A stretch of 40,966 nt of DNA from Mollicutes bacterium (GCA_012521575.1 JAAYMD010000024.1:1-40966), one strand, 5' to 3'; positions 16,845 to 28,611 are shown, counted from the first letter of the stretch. Program-made: numbers and translations. Notes: generated by a model from the letters alone, not told the origin.

Positions 16845-17267
16845 GTGGCAAAAAAAGTGATGAAAAAAATAAAATTGCAAATTCCGGCAGGGAAAGCAAC
16901 GCCAGCACCACCAGTAGGTACTGTTTTGGGACCAGTTGGGATTAACTTACAAGAGTTTTGTACTAAATTCAATGATGCTACTAAAGATAAAATTGGTGAT
17001 GTTGCACCAGTAGAAATTACTGTTTATGAAGATAGAAGTTTTGACTTTGTAGTTAAAACTCCGCCAACATCATTTTTGATTAAAAAGTATGCGAAAATTA
17101 ATTCTGGTTCAGCTACTGGTTCAAAAGATATTGTTGGAACTTTAACACATGATCAAATTAGAGAAATTGCTGAAATTAAAATGCCTGATTTAAATGCATA
17201 TACTATTGAAGATGCAATTAAAATTGTTGAAGGAACTGCCATTAATATGGGCGTAAAAATAGGTTAA
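16845..17267 (+). CDS. rplK: 50S ribosomal protein L11
   Basis: (V)[41 protein letters not shown] at 16845 sits 8 nt after AGGAGG. The tracked start at 16836 overlaps the RBS. Confidence 0.92.
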   Translation: MAKKVMKKIKLQIPAGKATPAPPVGTVLGPVGINLQEFCTKFNDATKDKIGDVAPVEITVYEDRSFDFVVKTPPTSFLIKKYAKINSGSATGSKDIVGTLTHDQIREIAEIKMPDLNAYTIEDAIKIVEGTAINMGVKIG

Positions 17268-17324
17268 ACTGTTGCCCAATGTGGGAGGATTAAGTCCGCA
17301 TATACCACAGAAGGAGGTTAAGAA

Positions 17325-18020
17325 ATGAAAAAAGGTAAAAATTATGTAAATTCTTTATCTAAAATTGATAAAAATAAGTTATATTCGAAAGAAGAAGCTA
17401 TAAAATTAGTAAAAGAAATAGCACCTGCTAAGTTTGATGAGTCAGTCGAATTAGCATTAAATTTAAATCTTGACACTAAAAAAGTAGAACAACAATTAAG
17501 AGGTGCAGTGGTATTGCCACATGGCACTGGGAAAACAAAGAAAATCTTAGTTGTTACTAAAGGTGAACAAGCGAAGGTTGCTAAAGAAGCTGGTGCTGAT
17601 TATGTTGGAGATACTGATTTATTACAAAAAATCGAAAAAGAAAATTGGTTTGATTTTGATATAATTATTGCAACCCCAGAAATGATGCCTGAATTAGGTA
17701 AACTTGGTAAAATTTTAGGACCAAAAGGATTAATGCCAAATCCTAAAACAGGAACTGTTACAACTGATGTTAAAAGAGCAATTGATGATATCAAAAAAGG
17801 ACGAATTGAATATCGTACTGATAATTATGGAAATGTTCATGTTATTATTGGTAAAGTATCATTTGATGAAAATAAATTATTAGAAAATTTAGAAGCATTT
17901 ATGAATATTATTATAAAAAGCAAACCATCAGTTGTTAAAGGAAAATATATTAAAAGTGTTACCGTTTCATCAACGATGGGGCCAGGAATTAAAATTGATC
18001 CAAATAGCTTTGACATGTAA
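17325..18020 (+). CDS. rplA: 50S ribosomal protein L1
   Basis: 231 aa, ...DESVELALNLNLDTKKVEQQLRGAVVLPHGTGK... Confidence 0.95.
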   Translation: MKKGKNYVNSLSKIDKNKLYSKEEAIKLVKEIAPAKFDESVELALNLNLDTKKVEQQLRGAVVLPHGTGKTKKILVVTKGEQAKVAKEAGADYVGDTDLLQKIEKENWFDFDIIIATPEMMPELGKLGKILGPKGLMPNPKTGTVTTDVKRAIDDIKKGRIEYRTDNYGNVHVIIGKVSFDENKLLENLEAFMNIIIKSKPSVVKGKYIKSVTVSSTMGPGIKIDPNSFDM

Positions 18021-18038
18021 TTAATAATTTGTTATAAT
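18010..18038 (+). promoter_or_regulatory. sigma-A promoter for rplJL
   Basis: TTGACA (18010-18015, overlapping the rplA stop), 17 nt, TGtTATAAT (-10 at 18033-18038). Confidence 0.55.
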
Positions 18039-18045
18039 TAAATTG

Positions 18046-18170
18046 TATTTAATTGCACAAGTGCCGTAGACAGTAGGGACCCATAGGGTGTAAAAATCCT
18101 ACCGAGGACTTAAATGGGAATAATTTAAGACTTCAACTACTACGGACATTTGTGCCCGTAGTAGTTTTTA
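18046..18170 (+). promoter_or_regulatory. ribosomal protein L10 (rplJ) leader with terminator/antiterminator
   Basis: GUGCCGUAGACAGUAGGG...CCUACCGAGGA structured element. A terminator AACTACTACGG-N10-CCGTAGTAGTTTTT lies at 18135-18169, and its 5' arm can alternatively pair with the upstream GCCGTAG. This architecture is typical of Firmicute L10 leaders. Confidence 0.6.
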
Positions 18171-18187
18171 GTATAAGGAGGTGCAAG

Positions 18188-18697
18188 GTGGCAAACCCAA
18201 AGGTAATTGAAAAGAAAAAAACAATTGTTAATGAAATTACTGAAAAAATAAAAGAAGCGCAGTCAGTTGTCTTTTTTGATTATAGTGGATTATCAGTAGT
18301 TGAGTTAACAGAACTAAGAAAAGCTCTAAAAGAAATAGATTCAGAGTTTAAAGTGTATAAAAACACTTTAACAAGAAGAGCACTTAATAATTTAAATATT
18401 GATTTAGAAAATTATTTAGAGGGTCCAAAAGCAATTCTTTTTGGTCCTGATGCGGTCGCACCGATTAAAGTTTTAAATGACTTTGCAAAAAAACATGACA
18501 CCCTTGAGATGAAAGTTGGCATTGTTGAAGGTCAAATAGTTGGTCTTGACACATTAAAAGAACTTGCAAAAATACCTTCAAAAGATACATTACTAAACCA
18601 ATTTGCATATGGTTTAATGGGTGTTGTCAGAGATTTCGCTATTTGTGTTGATTTGTATGCTAAAAAATTAGAAGAAAATAAGAAGGAGGAGTTATAA
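18188..18697 (+). CDS. rplJ: 50S ribosomal protein L10
   Basis: GTG at 18188 sits 6 nt after AAGGAGG ((V)ANPKVIEKKKTIVNEITEKIKEAQSVVFFDYSGLSV). The tracked start at 18152 lies inside the leader terminator. Confidence 0.9.
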   Translation: MANPKVIEKKKTIVNEITEKIKEAQSVVFFDYSGLSVVELTELRKALKEIDSEFKVYKNTLTRRALNNLNIDLENYLEGPKAILFGPDAVAPIKVLNDFAKKHDTLEMKVGIVEGQIVGLDTLKELAKIPSKDTLLNQFAYGLMGVVRDFAICVDLYAKKLEENKKEEL

Positions 18698-19071
18698 TGG
18701 CAAAATTAACTAAAGAAGAAATTATGGAGTCATTAAAAGAAATGACAGTTCTTGAACTTAAAGATTTAGTAGACGCCATGAAAGAAGAGTTTGGAGTAGA
18801 TCCTAGCGTAGTTGTTGCTGCTGCACCAGCAGCCGGAGGAGCTGCAGCAGCAGAAGAAGGACCAGCTGAAGTAGATATCGTGCTTAAAGAAGCTGGTGCT
18901 AATAAATTAGCAGTTATTAAAATAATTCGTGAGATAACTGGACTAGGATTAAAAGAAGCGAAAGATATTGCTGATAAAGGTGGCGTTGTAAAAGAAAAAG
19001 TAAATGCTGATGAAGCAAATAAATTAAAAGCTAAGCTGGAAGAAGCTGGCGCAACTATCGAGTTAAAATAA
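18697..19071 (+). CDS. rplL: 50S ribosomal protein L7/L12
   Basis: Ala-rich hinge and a C-terminal domain ...KIIREITGLGLKEAKDIADKGG... Confidence 0.95.
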   Translation: MAKLTKEEIMESLKEMTVLELKDLVDAMKEEFGVDPSVVVAAAPAAGGAAAAEEGPAEVDIVLKEAGANKLAVIKIIREITGLGLKEAKDIADKGGVVKEKVNADEANKLKAKLEEAGATIELK

Positions 19072-19089
19072 TTAAATAATATTTTTGTA

Positions 19090-19119
19090 GCCTATACTAA
19101 TTTCTTAGTATGGGCTTTT
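19090..19119 (+). terminator. intrinsic terminator after rplL
   Basis: GCCTATACTAA-tttc-TTAGTATGGGC followed by TTTT. Confidence 0.7.
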
Positions 19120-19534
19120 ACCGTCTATAAAAGGGATAGAAATAAGAGGTAAAATTATTGAATGTTGAACAAAATAAAAAATGACAAAAAGTTATTATTT
19201 ACGGTTAAAAACATTTATTTATAGCTTATAGCGGTGGTTTTCGAAATATAAAAGTTGAACTTTGGACAATAATTATTTGAAATTTTAAAAATTAACAAAA
19301 TAAAGTATTTTTTAACAATTTATTTATAAATAAAACATATTGATATATTTGTAATGAAATGATAGATATAATCGTTGTTAATGAAAAGGTACTATTTTTG
19401 GTGTGAAAAAAAGTAATTGTTGCTAATCCATCAAATTTAGTAGAATATTTTAATAAAAGAGTTGTCGGATGGTAAAAAATGTATAAAAGTTATGTTATTA
19501 TAAAATTTGTTTTTTATCATATACTTTAAAATTG

Positions 19535-19563
19535 TTGACAAATTGACATCGATTTGATAAAAT
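19535..19563 (+). promoter_or_regulatory. sigma-A promoter for rpoBC
   Basis: TTGACA (19535-19540), 17 nt, TGaTAAAAT (-10 at 19558-19563). Confidence 0.5.
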
Positions 19564-19636
19564 TGTAACTTGGTAATCCATTTTATTTTTTGTGTGAAAA
19601 TGGTTTCGGGTAAATAAAATATAGGGGTGAGAAATA

Positions 19637-22600
19637 GTGTCTTATACTGTTCAAAAGTTTAGCGACCATCGTGAACGCAGAAATTATGCAAAATCTAAAA
19701 ATGCAATTGAGCTAGGAAATTTATTAGAGATTCAAAAAAAATCGTATGAATGGTTTATTACAGAAGGAATTAAAGAAGTTTTTGAAGATATTTTTCCGGT
19801 TCAAAGTTTTACAGGTAATTTTTCATTAGAGTTTGGCAATTTTTATTTTGAAAAACCACGTTATTCAATTAAAGAATGTAAGGAGCGCTATGCAACTTAT
19901 GCCGCGCCACTTAAGGTTGAAGCACGCTTATTTAATCATGAAACAGAGGAAATTAAAGAGCAAGAAATCTACTTAGGAGATATGCCTTTAATGTCAGAAA
20001 CAGCAACGTTTGTTATTAATGGGTCAGAAAGAGTAATTGTTTCACAATTAGTAAGATCTCCAAGTGTTTATTATGTTAAAGAAGTTGATAAAAAAAGTGG
20101 AAGAGTGTATATCAATGGGCAAGTTATACCTGCACGTGGTACTTGGTTAGAATATGAAACTGATGCTCGTGATGTTTTATATGTTCGAATCGACCGAACA
20201 AGAAAAGTACCAATTACCACTTTGCTTCGAGCAATTGGTCTTTCTAATGATGAAGATATTAAGGATGTATTTGGTGAAAGTGAATATTTAAATAAAACTT
20301 TAGCTAAAGATACTAATAAAAATACAGATGAAGCATTAATTGATATTCATTCAAAATTAAGGCCAGGAGAACCATCAACTTTAGAAAGTGCAAAAAATCA
20401 ATTAATCACTAGATTTTTTGATTCTTTTCGTTATGATTTGGCAAAAGTTGGACGCTATAAGTTTAATAAAAAATTAAATATTACCGAAAGATTGTTGGGT
20501 TGTACTTTAGCTGAAAACATCATTGTTGATGGTAAGACTCTTTTTGAAGAAGGAACTTTGATTACAAAGGAAGTGTTGAAAGAATTAAAGCCAATTTTTG
20601 AAAATGGATATGGTGTAAAAGAAGTTTTAATTAATGAAGAATTAGATAATTATAATCGGATTCAAGAAGTAAAAGTATATTCTAAAAATAATCCGGATAA
20701 AGTTGTTAAAGTTATTGGAAATGATCAAGAAATAGATATTAAAAGATTAACCGTTTCCGATGTTTACGCTACTATTTCATATTATTTAAATCTTTTAGAA
20801 GGTATTGGAAATTTTGATGAAATTGATCATTTATCTAATCGTCGTGTGCGTCAAGTAGGGGAATTAATGCAAAACCAATTTAGAATTGGTATGAGTCGAA
20901 TTGAACGTGTTATTAGAGATCGCATGTCAACGCAAGATGCATCAGAAGTGACACCAAAATCATTAATTAATATCCGACCGCTAACAGCAGCGATTAAAGA
21001 ATTTTTTGGTAGTAGTCAGTTATCACAATATATGGATCAAACTAACCCAATTGCTGAGTTAGCTAACAAACGTCGTTTATCATCTCTTGGACCTGGAGGT
21101 CTTTCTAGAGATCGTGCCGGTATGGAGGTGCGTGATGTTAACCCATCACATTACGGTCGCTTATGTCCAATTGAATCTCCAGAAGGGCAAAATATTGGTC
21201 TTATTACAGCACTTGCAAGCTTTGCGCGAGTAAATGAATACGGATTTATCATGACGCCGTATCGCCGTGTGGTTGATGCTAAATTAACCGACGAGATCGT
21301 TTATATGACTGCAGATGAAGAACAAGATTATTATATTTCACAAGCAACAATCGAAGTTAATGAAAATGGTGAAATTGTACCAGAAAGATTGCCTGTACGT
21401 TATCGTGATGAGAATGTTATGGTTGATAAGTATAAAGTCGATTTCATGGATGTTTCACCACAACAAGTTATATCAATTACTACTAGTGGTATTCCTTTTT
21501 TGGAACACGATGATGGTAAACGCGCTTTAATGGGAGCCAACATGCAACGCCAAGCAATACCGCTTTTACAAAGTGAAGCTCCACTTGTTGGTACTGGTGT
21601 TGAAGCAATTGCTGCACGTGATTCAGGGGCGGTAGTTATTGCTAAAGCTGATGGTGTTGTAGAATACGTTGATGCTCGCAAAATTATTGTTAAGACTGTT
21701 GGTGGTAAAGATGTTTATCATTTAAATGGTTTTGAAAAAAGTAATAACGGTACTTGTTATTTACAACGCCCAATCGTAAGAGTTGGCGATGAAGTTAAAA
21801 AAGATATGGTTATTGCTGATGGGCCAAGTACTGATTTAGGAGAAATGGCGCTTGGTAAAAATGTTGTTGTTGCTTTCATGAATTATGAAGGATACAACTA
21901 CGAAGATGCGATTATTATTAGTGAAAGATTAGTTAAAGATGATGTTTATACATCGATCCACATCGAGGATTATCAAATTGAATGTCGTGATACGAAATTA
22001 GGTCCTGAAGAAATTACGCGAGATATTCCAAATATTAGTGAAGAGGCTCGTAAGAATCTAGATGAAAATGGAATTATTAAAATTGGTACTGAAGTTAAAG
22101 ATGACGATATTTTAGTTGGTAAAGTTACCCCAAAAGGAATGGTTGAACTAACCGCGGAAGAAAAACTATTGCATGCTATTTTTGGGGAAAAAACACGTGA
22201 AGTAAGAGATACCTCTCTTCGAGTTCCACATGGTGGTGGTGGTATTGTTCATAATGTAAAAGTCTTTACTAAGGAAGACACAGATGAACTGCCAGCTGGA
22301 GTATCAAAAATTATTCGTGTTTATATCGCCCAAAAACGAAAAATTTCAATCGGAGATAAAATGGCTGGACGTCACGGAAACAAAGGGGTTATCTCACTTG
22401 TTCTACCAGAAGAAGATATGCCATTTTTAGAAACAGGAGAGCCGGTTGACATAATTTTAAACCCACTTGGTGTTCCGTCACGTATGAATATTGGACAAAT
22501 TCTAGAGCTTCATTTAGGAATGGCGGCTAAAAAATTAGGTATTCATATGGCATCTCCAGCTTTTTCAGGGGCGACACCAGAAGAAATTATTGAAGCATTA

Positions 22601-23284
22601 AAAGAAGCTGGACTAGATGAATCTGGTAAGACCACTCTTTATGATGGTCGAACTGGAGAGCCGTTTGATAATCAAGTAAGTGTTGGAATAATGTATATGC
22701 TAAAATTACACCATATGGTTGATGACAAACTACATGCTCGTTCAACTGGACCATACTCACTAGTAACGCAACAACCGTTAGGTGGAAAAGCACAATTTGG
22801 TGGTCAAAGATTTGGTGAGATGGAAGTATGGGCATTGTATGCTTATGGTGCAGCCAACATCTTACAAGAAATGATTACTGTTAAATCAGATGATGTTATT
22901 GGTCGTGTTAAAGTATACGAAGCATTAGTTAAAGGATTACCAATTCCAAATGCTGGCATGCCAGAATCATTTATGGTATTAATTAAAGAACTTCAAGCTT
23001 TAGGACTAGATATAACTGTTCTTACAGAAGATAGAAAATTCCATGATTTAAAGGAATTAGAAGCAATGGAAAAAGATCCGTTTTTAACTACTGAAGAGTT
23101 AGAACAAAGTTTGGATAAAGAGAGTGAAAATAACCAAATAGATGATGAACAATTAGAAGATTATGAAGAAGATATTGACGAAGATGATATTGATGATGAA
23201 GATATTGACGAAGAAGATGATGATATTGATGAAATAGAGGGAATTTCTAAAAACAAAGAATCTAACGAAGGGGTTGAGGAATAA
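19637..23284 (+). CDS. rpoB: DNA-directed RNA polymerase subunit beta
   Basis: 1215 aa with all conserved beta blocks (e.g. ...[10 protein letters not shown]..., [13 protein letters not shown], ...[18 protein letters not shown]...). GTG start. Acidic C-terminal tail. Confidence 0.97.
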   Translation: MSYTVQKFSDHRERRNYAKSKNAIELGNLLEIQKKSYEWFITEGIKEVFEDIFPVQSFTGNFSLEFGNFYFEKPRYSIKECKERYATYAAPLKVEARLFNHETEEIKEQEIYLGDMPLMSETATFVINGSERVIVSQLVRSPSVYYVKEVDKKSGRVYINGQVIPARGTWLEYETDARDVLYVRIDRTRKVPITTLLRAIGLSNDEDIKDVFGESEYLNKTLAKDTNKNTDEALIDIHSKLRPGEPSTLESAKNQLITRFFDSFRYDLAKVGRYKFNKKLNITERLLGCTLAENIIVDGKTLFEEGTLITKEVLKELKPIFENGYGVKEVLINEELDNYNRIQEVKVYSKNNPDKVVKVIGNDQEIDIKRLTVSDVYATISYYLNLLEGIGNFDEIDHLSNRRVRQVGELMQNQFRIGMSRIERVIRDRMSTQDASEVTPKSLINIRPLTAAIKEFFGSSQLSQYMDQTNPIAELANKRRLSSLGPGGLSRDRAGMEVRDVNPSHYGRLCPIESPEGQNIGLITALASFARVNEYGFIMTPYRRVVDAKLTDEIVYMTADEEQDYYISQATIEVNENGEIVPERLPVRYRDENVMVDKYKVDFMDVSPQQVISITTSGIPFLEHDDGKRALMGANMQRQAIPLLQSEAPLVGTGVEAIAARDSGAVVIAKADGVVEYVDARKIIVKTVGGKDVYHLNGFEKSNNGTCYLQRPIVRVGDEVKKDMVIADGPSTDLGEMALGKNVVVAFMNYEGYNYEDAIIISERLVKDDVYTSIHIEDYQIECRDTKLGPEEITRDIPNISEEARKNLDENGIIKIGTEVKDDDILVGKVTPKGMVELTAEEKLLHAIFGEKTREVRDTSLRVPHGGGGIVHNVKVFTKEDTDELPAGVSKIIRVYIAQKRKISIGDKMAGRHGNKGVISLVLPEEDMPFLETGEPVDIILNPLGVPSRMNIGQILELHLGMAAKKLGIHMASPAFSGATPEEIIEALKEAGLDESGKTTLYDGRTGEPFDNQVSVGIMYMLKLHHMVDDKLHARSTGPYSLVTQQPLGGKAQFGGQRFGEMEVWALYAYGAANILQEMITVKSDDVIGRVKVYEALVKGLPIPNAGMPESFMVLIKELQALGLDITVLTEDRKFHDLKELEAMEKDPFLTTEELEQSLDKESENNQIDDEQLEDYEEDIDEDDIDDEDIDEEDDDIDEIEGISKNKESNEGVEE

Positions 23285-26200
23285 TGGATGTAAATAGTTT
23301 TGAAGGATTAAAAATTGGAATTGCCTCACCTGAAAAAATAAGATCATGGTCTTATGGGGAAGTAAAAAAAGCCGAGACTATTAACTATCGTACATTAAAA
23401 CCAGAGCGTGATGGGCTTTTTTGCGAAAAAATTTTTGGACCAACTAAAGATTTTGAATGTGCCTGCGGAAAATATAAACGCCTTCGTTATCGAAATGTGA
23501 TTTGTGATCGATGTGGAGTTGAAGTTACCAGAACTAAAGTTCGCCGTGAACGTATGGGACATATTGAACTTGCAACTCCTGTTTCACACATTTGGTTTTT
23601 CAAAGGAATTCCATCACGAATGGGGCTTGTTCTTGATATGTCCCCACGTGATTTGGAAGAAGTTTTATACTTTGTTTCATATGTCGTATTAGATCCAGGC
23701 CCTACTCCTTTAGAGAAAAAACAAATTATTTCTGATAAGGAGTATCGCACTTATTATGAAAAATATGGTGATACATTTAAAGTAGGTATGGGTGCGGCTG
23801 CAATTAAAAAACTTTTAAAAGAAGTGGATTTGGAAAAAGAAGTTGCAGAAATCAAAGCCGAAATTGAGCAGATTAAAGATACATCTTCACAAAAGCGTTC
23901 ACGTTTAATAAAAAGATTAGATGTTTTAAATGCATTCTTAGAATCTGGAAACCGTCCAGAATGGATGATTTTGGATGTACTTCCTGTTATTCCGCCAGAT
24001 CTTCGACCAATGATTCAACTTGATGGTGGACGTTTTGCAACAAGTGATTTAAATGATTTATACAGAAGAGTTATTAACCGTAATAATCGTTTAAAAAAAT
24101 TAATAGAACTTGATGCACCATCTATTATTATTCAAAATGAAAAACGAATGTTACAAGAAGCAGTAGATGCACTGTTTGATAATGGTCGTCGCGGAAGAAA
24201 TGTAACTGGTGCGGGGAATCGTCCGCTTAAGTCCTTAAGTAGTATGTTAAAAAGTAAGCAAGGAATATTTAGACAAAACTTACTTGGAAAACGTGTTGAT
24301 TATTCTGGTCGTTCTGTTATTGTTGTAGGACCAAATCTAAAAATGTATGAATGTGGAATTCCAAAAGAAATGGCGCTTGAACTATTTAAACCTCATGTTA
24401 TTCATGGGCTTGTTGACAAAGAAATAGCAACAAATATTAAAGCAGCCAAGAAAATGATTGAAAATCAAGATCCAAGAGTGTGGGATATTGTTGAAGAAGT
24501 AATTGAAGAACATCCTGTGTTATTAAACCGCGCGCCAACACTACATAGACTTGGAATTCAAGCTTTCCAACCCAAATTAACTGCTGGCCGATCAATTAGA
24601 CTTCACCCACTAGTGTGTGCAGCATTTAATGCGGATTTTGATGGAGATCAAATGGCAGTTCATGTTCCTTTAAGTGAAGAGTCTCAAGCAGAAGCAAGAA
24701 TTTTAATGTTAGGTGCAAATAATATTTTAAGTCCAAAAGATGGAAAACCAATTGTTACACCATCACAAGACATGGTTTTAGGTAATTATTATTTAACAAT
24801 TGAAAAAGCTGGCGAACCTGGCGAAGGAAGAGTGTTTAAAGATCCGAATGAAGCATTAATGGCTTACGAAAGAAATGAAATTGGTATTCATACAAGAATT
24901 GCTGTTCCGGCAAGATCATTTAAATATAAAGTATTTTTAGACGAACAAAAAGATAAATATTTAGTAACGACTGTTGGTAAACTTATTTTCAATGAAATCT
25001 TTCCTGATTCATATCAATACATTAATGAAGGTAGTAAAGAAAATATTGAAAAATTTACGCCTAATAAATTTTTCATTGCTAGTGGTGAAAACATACCAGA
25101 AAAAATTAAAGAAATGCCTTTAGTAGATCCTTTGAGCAATGGTGATTTAAGTCAAATAATCGCTCAAAATTATAAACGTTACCACACTACTGAAACATCT
25201 GTGATGTTAGATAAAATGAAAGATTTAGGATTTAAATATTCAACTAAGTCAGGAATATCAATATCAATTTCAGATTTACATGAAAGTAATATCAAAAAAG
25301 ATTTATTAAAAGAATGTCAAGAAAAAGTTGACCTTATCAATAAACAGCACCGCCGAGGTTTAATTACTGAAGATGAAAGGCATGAGCAAGTAACAAAAAT
25401 TTGGCTTGATGCGGTTGATAAAATTTCTGATGAGTTGAAACAAATTGTTAACGAGGATAGATTTAATCCTATTTCGATGATGATGTTATCTAAAGCACGT
25501 GGTGATATTAAAAGTTATACGCAGCTAGTTGGTATGCGTGGACTTTTCGGTAAACCTACCGGAGGATATATAGAGATTCCTGTTACTTCTTCATTTAAAG
25601 AAGGTGTTACAATTTCCGAATTTTTCATATCTACTCACGGTGCCCGTAAAGGAGCGGTTGACACAGCGCTAAAAACAGCGGATGCTGGTTACTTGACAAG
25701 AAGATTAGTTGATGTTTGTCAAGACATTGTTATCAAAGAAGAAGATTGTAAAACAGAACAAGGTATTATTGCTAAGGCATTCATTAATGAAAGTGATGGA
25801 ACAGTCATCGAATCTTTATATGAGCGTATTGTAGGTCGCTATACCAATAAAAAAATTATTCACCCTAAGACAAAAGAAGTAATTGCTGAAAGAAATACTT
25901 ATATTACTGAACAATTAGCCGATAAAATTATTGAAGCTGGTATTACTGAAGTGCCAATAAGAAGTGTACTTACATGTAAAACTGAAAAAGGATTATGTCA
26001 AAAATGTTATGGTCGAAATTTAGCAACTGGATTAGTAGTTGAAATTGGTGAAGCAGTTGGAATTATGGCAGCACAATCAATTGGAGAACCAGGTACTCAG
26101 TTAACAATGCGTACTTTCAATACTGGTGGTGTTGCCGGAGAAGACATTACTCAAGGTCTTCCACGTGTTCAAGAATTATTTGAAGCGCGTAATCCAGAAA

Positions 26201-26919
26201 AGAAAGCAACGATTGCTGAGATTAATGGTAAAGTGACAAAAATCACTGAAAATAATGGAAATTATATTATTGCAATTACTAATGAGGTAGAAACAAGAGA
26301 ACATACAACCTATTATCATATGAAACCAATAGTTCAAGAAGGAGAAGAAGTTAAGGCAGGTCAACGTTTAACTCTTGGTGCAATTAATCCTAAAGAATTA
26401 TTAGTTGTTACTAATCCAATTACAGTCCAACTATATATCTTGCTTGAAATTCAAAAAGTGTACCGTATGCAAGGTGTTGATATAAGTGATAAGCATATTG
26501 AGGTAATGGCAAGAAGAATGATTTCTAAGATTAAAATTATTAATCCAGGAGACTCAACATATTTACCAGCAACATTAGTTAATATGGCAGAATTTACAAA
26601 AGTTAATAAAGAATTAATACTTCAAGGAAAGACACCAGCAACAGGTAAACCAGTATTATTAGGTATTACTAAAGCATCTCTTGAAACAGATTCGTTCTTA
26701 TCAGCTGCCTCTTTCCAAGAAACAACAAGAATTTTAACAGATGCGGCAATTTATGGTAAGGTCGATCATTTAGACGGTTTAAAAGAAAATGTAATTGTAG
26801 GTAAACTAATACCTGCTGGTACAGGGGCTAAAAAATATCGAAATGTCGATTATAAATTGGAAAAACCATATTTAACTGAAGAACCGCTAGAAGCATTAGA
26901 ACAGGAATTATTAGAATAG
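23284..26919 (+). CDS. rpoC: DNA-directed RNA polymerase subunit beta'
   Basis: 1211 aa. Zn-finger CxC...CxxC region, [12 protein letters not shown] catalytic motif. TAATG overlap with rpoB. Confidence 0.97.
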   Translation: MDVNSFEGLKIGIASPEKIRSWSYGEVKKAETINYRTLKPERDGLFCEKIFGPTKDFECACGKYKRLRYRNVICDRCGVEVTRTKVRRERMGHIELATPVSHIWFFKGIPSRMGLVLDMSPRDLEEVLYFVSYVVLDPGPTPLEKKQIISDKEYRTYYEKYGDTFKVGMGAAAIKKLLKEVDLEKEVAEIKAEIEQIKDTSSQKRSRLIKRLDVLNAFLESGNRPEWMILDVLPVIPPDLRPMIQLDGGRFATSDLNDLYRRVINRNNRLKKLIELDAPSIIIQNEKRMLQEAVDALFDNGRRGRNVTGAGNRPLKSLSSMLKSKQGIFRQNLLGKRVDYSGRSVIVVGPNLKMYECGIPKEMALELFKPHVIHGLVDKEIATNIKAAKKMIENQDPRVWDIVEEVIEEHPVLLNRAPTLHRLGIQAFQPKLTAGRSIRLHPLVCAAFNADFDGDQMAVHVPLSEESQAEARILMLGANNILSPKDGKPIVTPSQDMVLGNYYLTIEKAGEPGEGRVFKDPNEALMAYERNEIGIHTRIAVPARSFKYKVFLDEQKDKYLVTTVGKLIFNEIFPDSYQYINEGSKENIEKFTPNKFFIASGENIPEKIKEMPLVDPLSNGDLSQIIAQNYKRYHTTETSVMLDKMKDLGFKYSTKSGISISISDLHESNIKKDLLKECQEKVDLINKQHRRGLITEDERHEQVTKIWLDAVDKISDELKQIVNEDRFNPISMMMLSKARGDIKSYTQLVGMRGLFGKPTGGYIEIPVTSSFKEGVTISEFFISTHGARKGAVDTALKTADAGYLTRRLVDVCQDIVIKEEDCKTEQGIIAKAFINESDGTVIESLYERIVGRYTNKKIIHPKTKEVIAERNTYITEQLADKIIEAGITEVPIRSVLTCKTEKGLCQKCYGRNLATGLVVEIGEAVGIMAAQSIGEPGTQLTMRTFNTGGVAGEDITQGLPRVQELFEARNPEKKATIAEINGKVTKITENNGNYIIAITNEVETREHTTYYHMKPIVQEGEEVKAGQRLTLGAINPKELLVVTNPITVQLYILLEIQKVYRMQGVDISDKHIEVMARRMISKIKIINPGDSTYLPATLVNMAEFTKVNKELILQGKTPATGKPVLLGITKASLETDSFLSAASFQETTRILTDAAIYGKVDHLDGLKENVIVGKLIPAGTGAKKYRNVDYKLEKPYLTEEPLEALEQELLE

Positions 26920-26942
26920 AGGGGCAAAAAGCTCCTTTTTTT
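26920..26942 (+). terminator. intrinsic terminator after rpoC
   Basis: AGGGGC-aaaaa-GCTCCT (one G-U pair) followed by a T7 run. Confidence 0.6.
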
Positions 26943-26989
26943 GGTCCTTCTCAAATAATGGAATAAATCAAATTCTATGCTAAAATAAA

Positions 26990-27019
26990 AGAAGCATAAA
27001 AATTTATGCTTCTATTTTT
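26990..27019 (+). terminator. second terminator-like hairpin
   Basis: AGAAGCATAAA-aa-TTTATGCTTCT followed by ATTTTT. A near-identical hairpin lies at 14563-14590. Confidence 0.45.
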
Positions 27020-27516
27020 GATGAAAATATATCTTTGTAAATCAAATTTTATTTATAAGAAAATGGTAGGTAGTATAGATTTATATAACAATATCTTTAA
27101 CATTAGATCTAGTTTCAAACATATAATAGGAAAAGTAGGCTAATAAACTATGAAGTCGCCAATTTTCAACAATATCAATTTTAGGTATTACTTGCCTACA
27201 TACAAATGAAAACTCATAGCAAAAAAGTAGATTGAATAAATTTAAAATCATCAAAAGAAAGAATAGCAGGAAGATAAAGTTAATATAATTTTTTACTTCT
27301 TTTGTTAATTAAATCAACAGCTATAGAATGTTTAGTAGTACAAGAAATAAAACGATCATGATTAACCGAATTATTTTTACAAACGAAAGAAAATAGACAA
27401 TGAAAAAATTTAAATTTCAGCTTTAAAAAAACAAATGGATTATCCCCAATTTCAATTGACTATATTTCTTTTGAATGTAATAAAAAGAAGGTGTAGGAGG
27501 TTATTTACACCAAATA

Positions 27517-27660
27517 TTATAGAACCATTTTTTGAGCTGAAGCTTCTTTTTCTTGTGGATCAGTTGCATATTCAAGCAAATATTTGTCTAACTGAATCAA
27601 ACTCATAAGTCCAAAAATATCACCTCTTATTTTTTTAATAATCCGATCTTTATTTTTCAT
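27517..27660 (-). CDS. possible 47-aa small protein
   Basis: Not in the ORF track. AAAGGAG lies 8 nt before the ATG (MKNKDRIIKKIRGDIFGLMSLIQLDKYLLEYATDPQEKEASAQKMVL). A GGTGTA...TACACC hairpin with a T-rich tail lies downstream, around 27488-27512. Coordinates counted by hand. Family not recognised. Confidence 0.35.
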   Translation of the reverse strand: MKNKDRIIKKIRGDIFGLMSLIQLDKYLLEYATDPQEKEASAQKMVL

Positions 27661-27877
27661 TATAATTTCTCCTTTCATCTACACGTTAGCACAAATAAAA
27701 ATTTTTGATAATTATATTATGAAAAAAATTTTATTTACACAAATGTGCTTTAGACAATAATCATTTACTTAAGTTAGTTATTTTGATTTTATTATGTATA
27801 TGCATGCAGTATTTAAAATTTTTTTAAATTAATATTTGTCAATCTCTTTTCAGTATAGAATTGATTTTGCTAAACTA

Positions 27878-27906
27878 TTGACTAAAGTTTAAAAAAATAA
27901 TATAAT
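27878..27906 (+). promoter_or_regulatory. near-consensus sigma-A promoter of the NrtR-like/HK operon
   Basis: TTGACT (27878-27883), 17 nt, TATAAT (27901-27906). It is followed by the inverted repeat TGTGT-N7-ACACA at about 27911-27927. Confidence 0.55.
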
Positions 27907-27933
27907 TAGTGTGTAAGGTAAACACAAAGGCGG

Positions 27934-28611
27934 GTGAGTATGAAAGATTATAACAAAGCTAGTTACAATATTATTGAAACATTAATTAGTATTTTTACTG
28001 TTGAAAAAGGGGTTGTAAAAATACTTCTATTTAAGAAAAAAAATGATCCTTACAAAGGTTATTGGATGTTACCAGGAAGTATTGTAGGTACTGATGAAAC
28101 TGCGGAAGAAAATATAGAAAACTATGTATTAGAAAATTGTGGCTTTGATAATTTATTTATTGAGCAAAGTCAAGTCTTTAGTACCCCAACTAGAATTATT
28201 GACAGAAGAGTTATCGCAGTGACTTTTATTGGTTTAATTGATAGTATAAGTGTTGAATTAAAACAAGAAATTCCAGATACTGTTGAAAGTGAATGGTTTA
28301 GCATATCAGCTATTCCGAAAATGGCTTATGATCATGAACAAATTGTTAAAAAAGCAATTGAAAATTTAAAAACAAAACTAATCAATAGTAATTTTTTAAA
28401 AATACTGTTTCCAAGTGATTTTACATTACCAGAGTTACAAAGAGTATATGAACAAATTTTGGATAAAAAATTAGATCGTCGTAATTTTAGAAAAAAATTT
28501 ATTAATCTGGGTCTAATTGAGGATACAGGTTATAAAAATGAAGGTTATACAGGAAGACCAGCTAAATTATATCGTTTTAAAGAAGAAATTGAAGAAAGAG
28601 AGTTATTTTAA
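27934..28611 (+). CDS. NrtR-like regulator (Nudix-fold domain plus C-terminal winged-helix)
   Basis: N-terminal Nudix-like fold with a degenerate Nudix box (GSIVGTDETAEENIENYVLENCGF). The C-terminal part, ...LPELQRVYEQILDKKLDRRNFRKKFINLGLIEDTG...GRPAKLYRF, is typical of the NrtR wHTH. The start may be the ATG at 27940. Confidence 0.65.
   Translation: MSMKDYNKASYNIIETLISIFTVEKGVVKILLFKKKNDPYKGYWMLPGSIVGTDETAEENIENYVLENCGFDNLFIEQSQVFSTPTRIIDRRVIAVTFIGLIDSISVELKQEIPDTVESEWFSISAIPKMAYDHEQIVKKAIENLKTKLINSNFLKILFPSDFTLPELQRVYEQILDKKLDRRNFRKKFINLGLIEDTGYKNEGYTGRPAKLYRFKEEIEERELF

Noticed and set aside
16664-16972. Tracked ORFs 16664..16945(+) and 16745..16972(-) in the nusG-rplK junction
   Set aside because: They overlap the end of nusG, the rplK leader and the start of rplK, so they are frame artefacts of that region.
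23100-23284. Asp/Glu-rich C-terminal tail of RpoB, with internally repeated GAAGATATTGACGAAGA DNA
   Set aside because: As I recall, acidic C-terminal extensions of the beta subunit are common in Firmicutes, including B. subtilis. It is probably lineage-typical low-complexity sequence and not a novel feature.
21315-23750. Short alternative-frame and antisense ORFs inside rpoB/rpoC (21315, 21400, 22587, 23153, 23487, 23504, and 26176 in rpoC)
   Set aside because: They are fully embedded in highly conserved essential genes, with no independent signals. The same reasoning applies to 12227..12514 (tkt), 17342/17600 (rplA), 29590/29974 (kinase), 32465/32787/33914 (fusA), 37703, 38986, and 6813/7258/8108/9619.
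27517-27660. Spo0E-like aspartyl-phosphate phosphatase assignment for the 47-aa ORF next to the phosphorelay genes
   Set aside because: Only a loose S...LD..L..Y resemblance exists. The spacing differs from the SQELD motif, and the peptide seems too short for the two-helix Spo0E fold as I recall it. I kept it as an unassigned small ORF.
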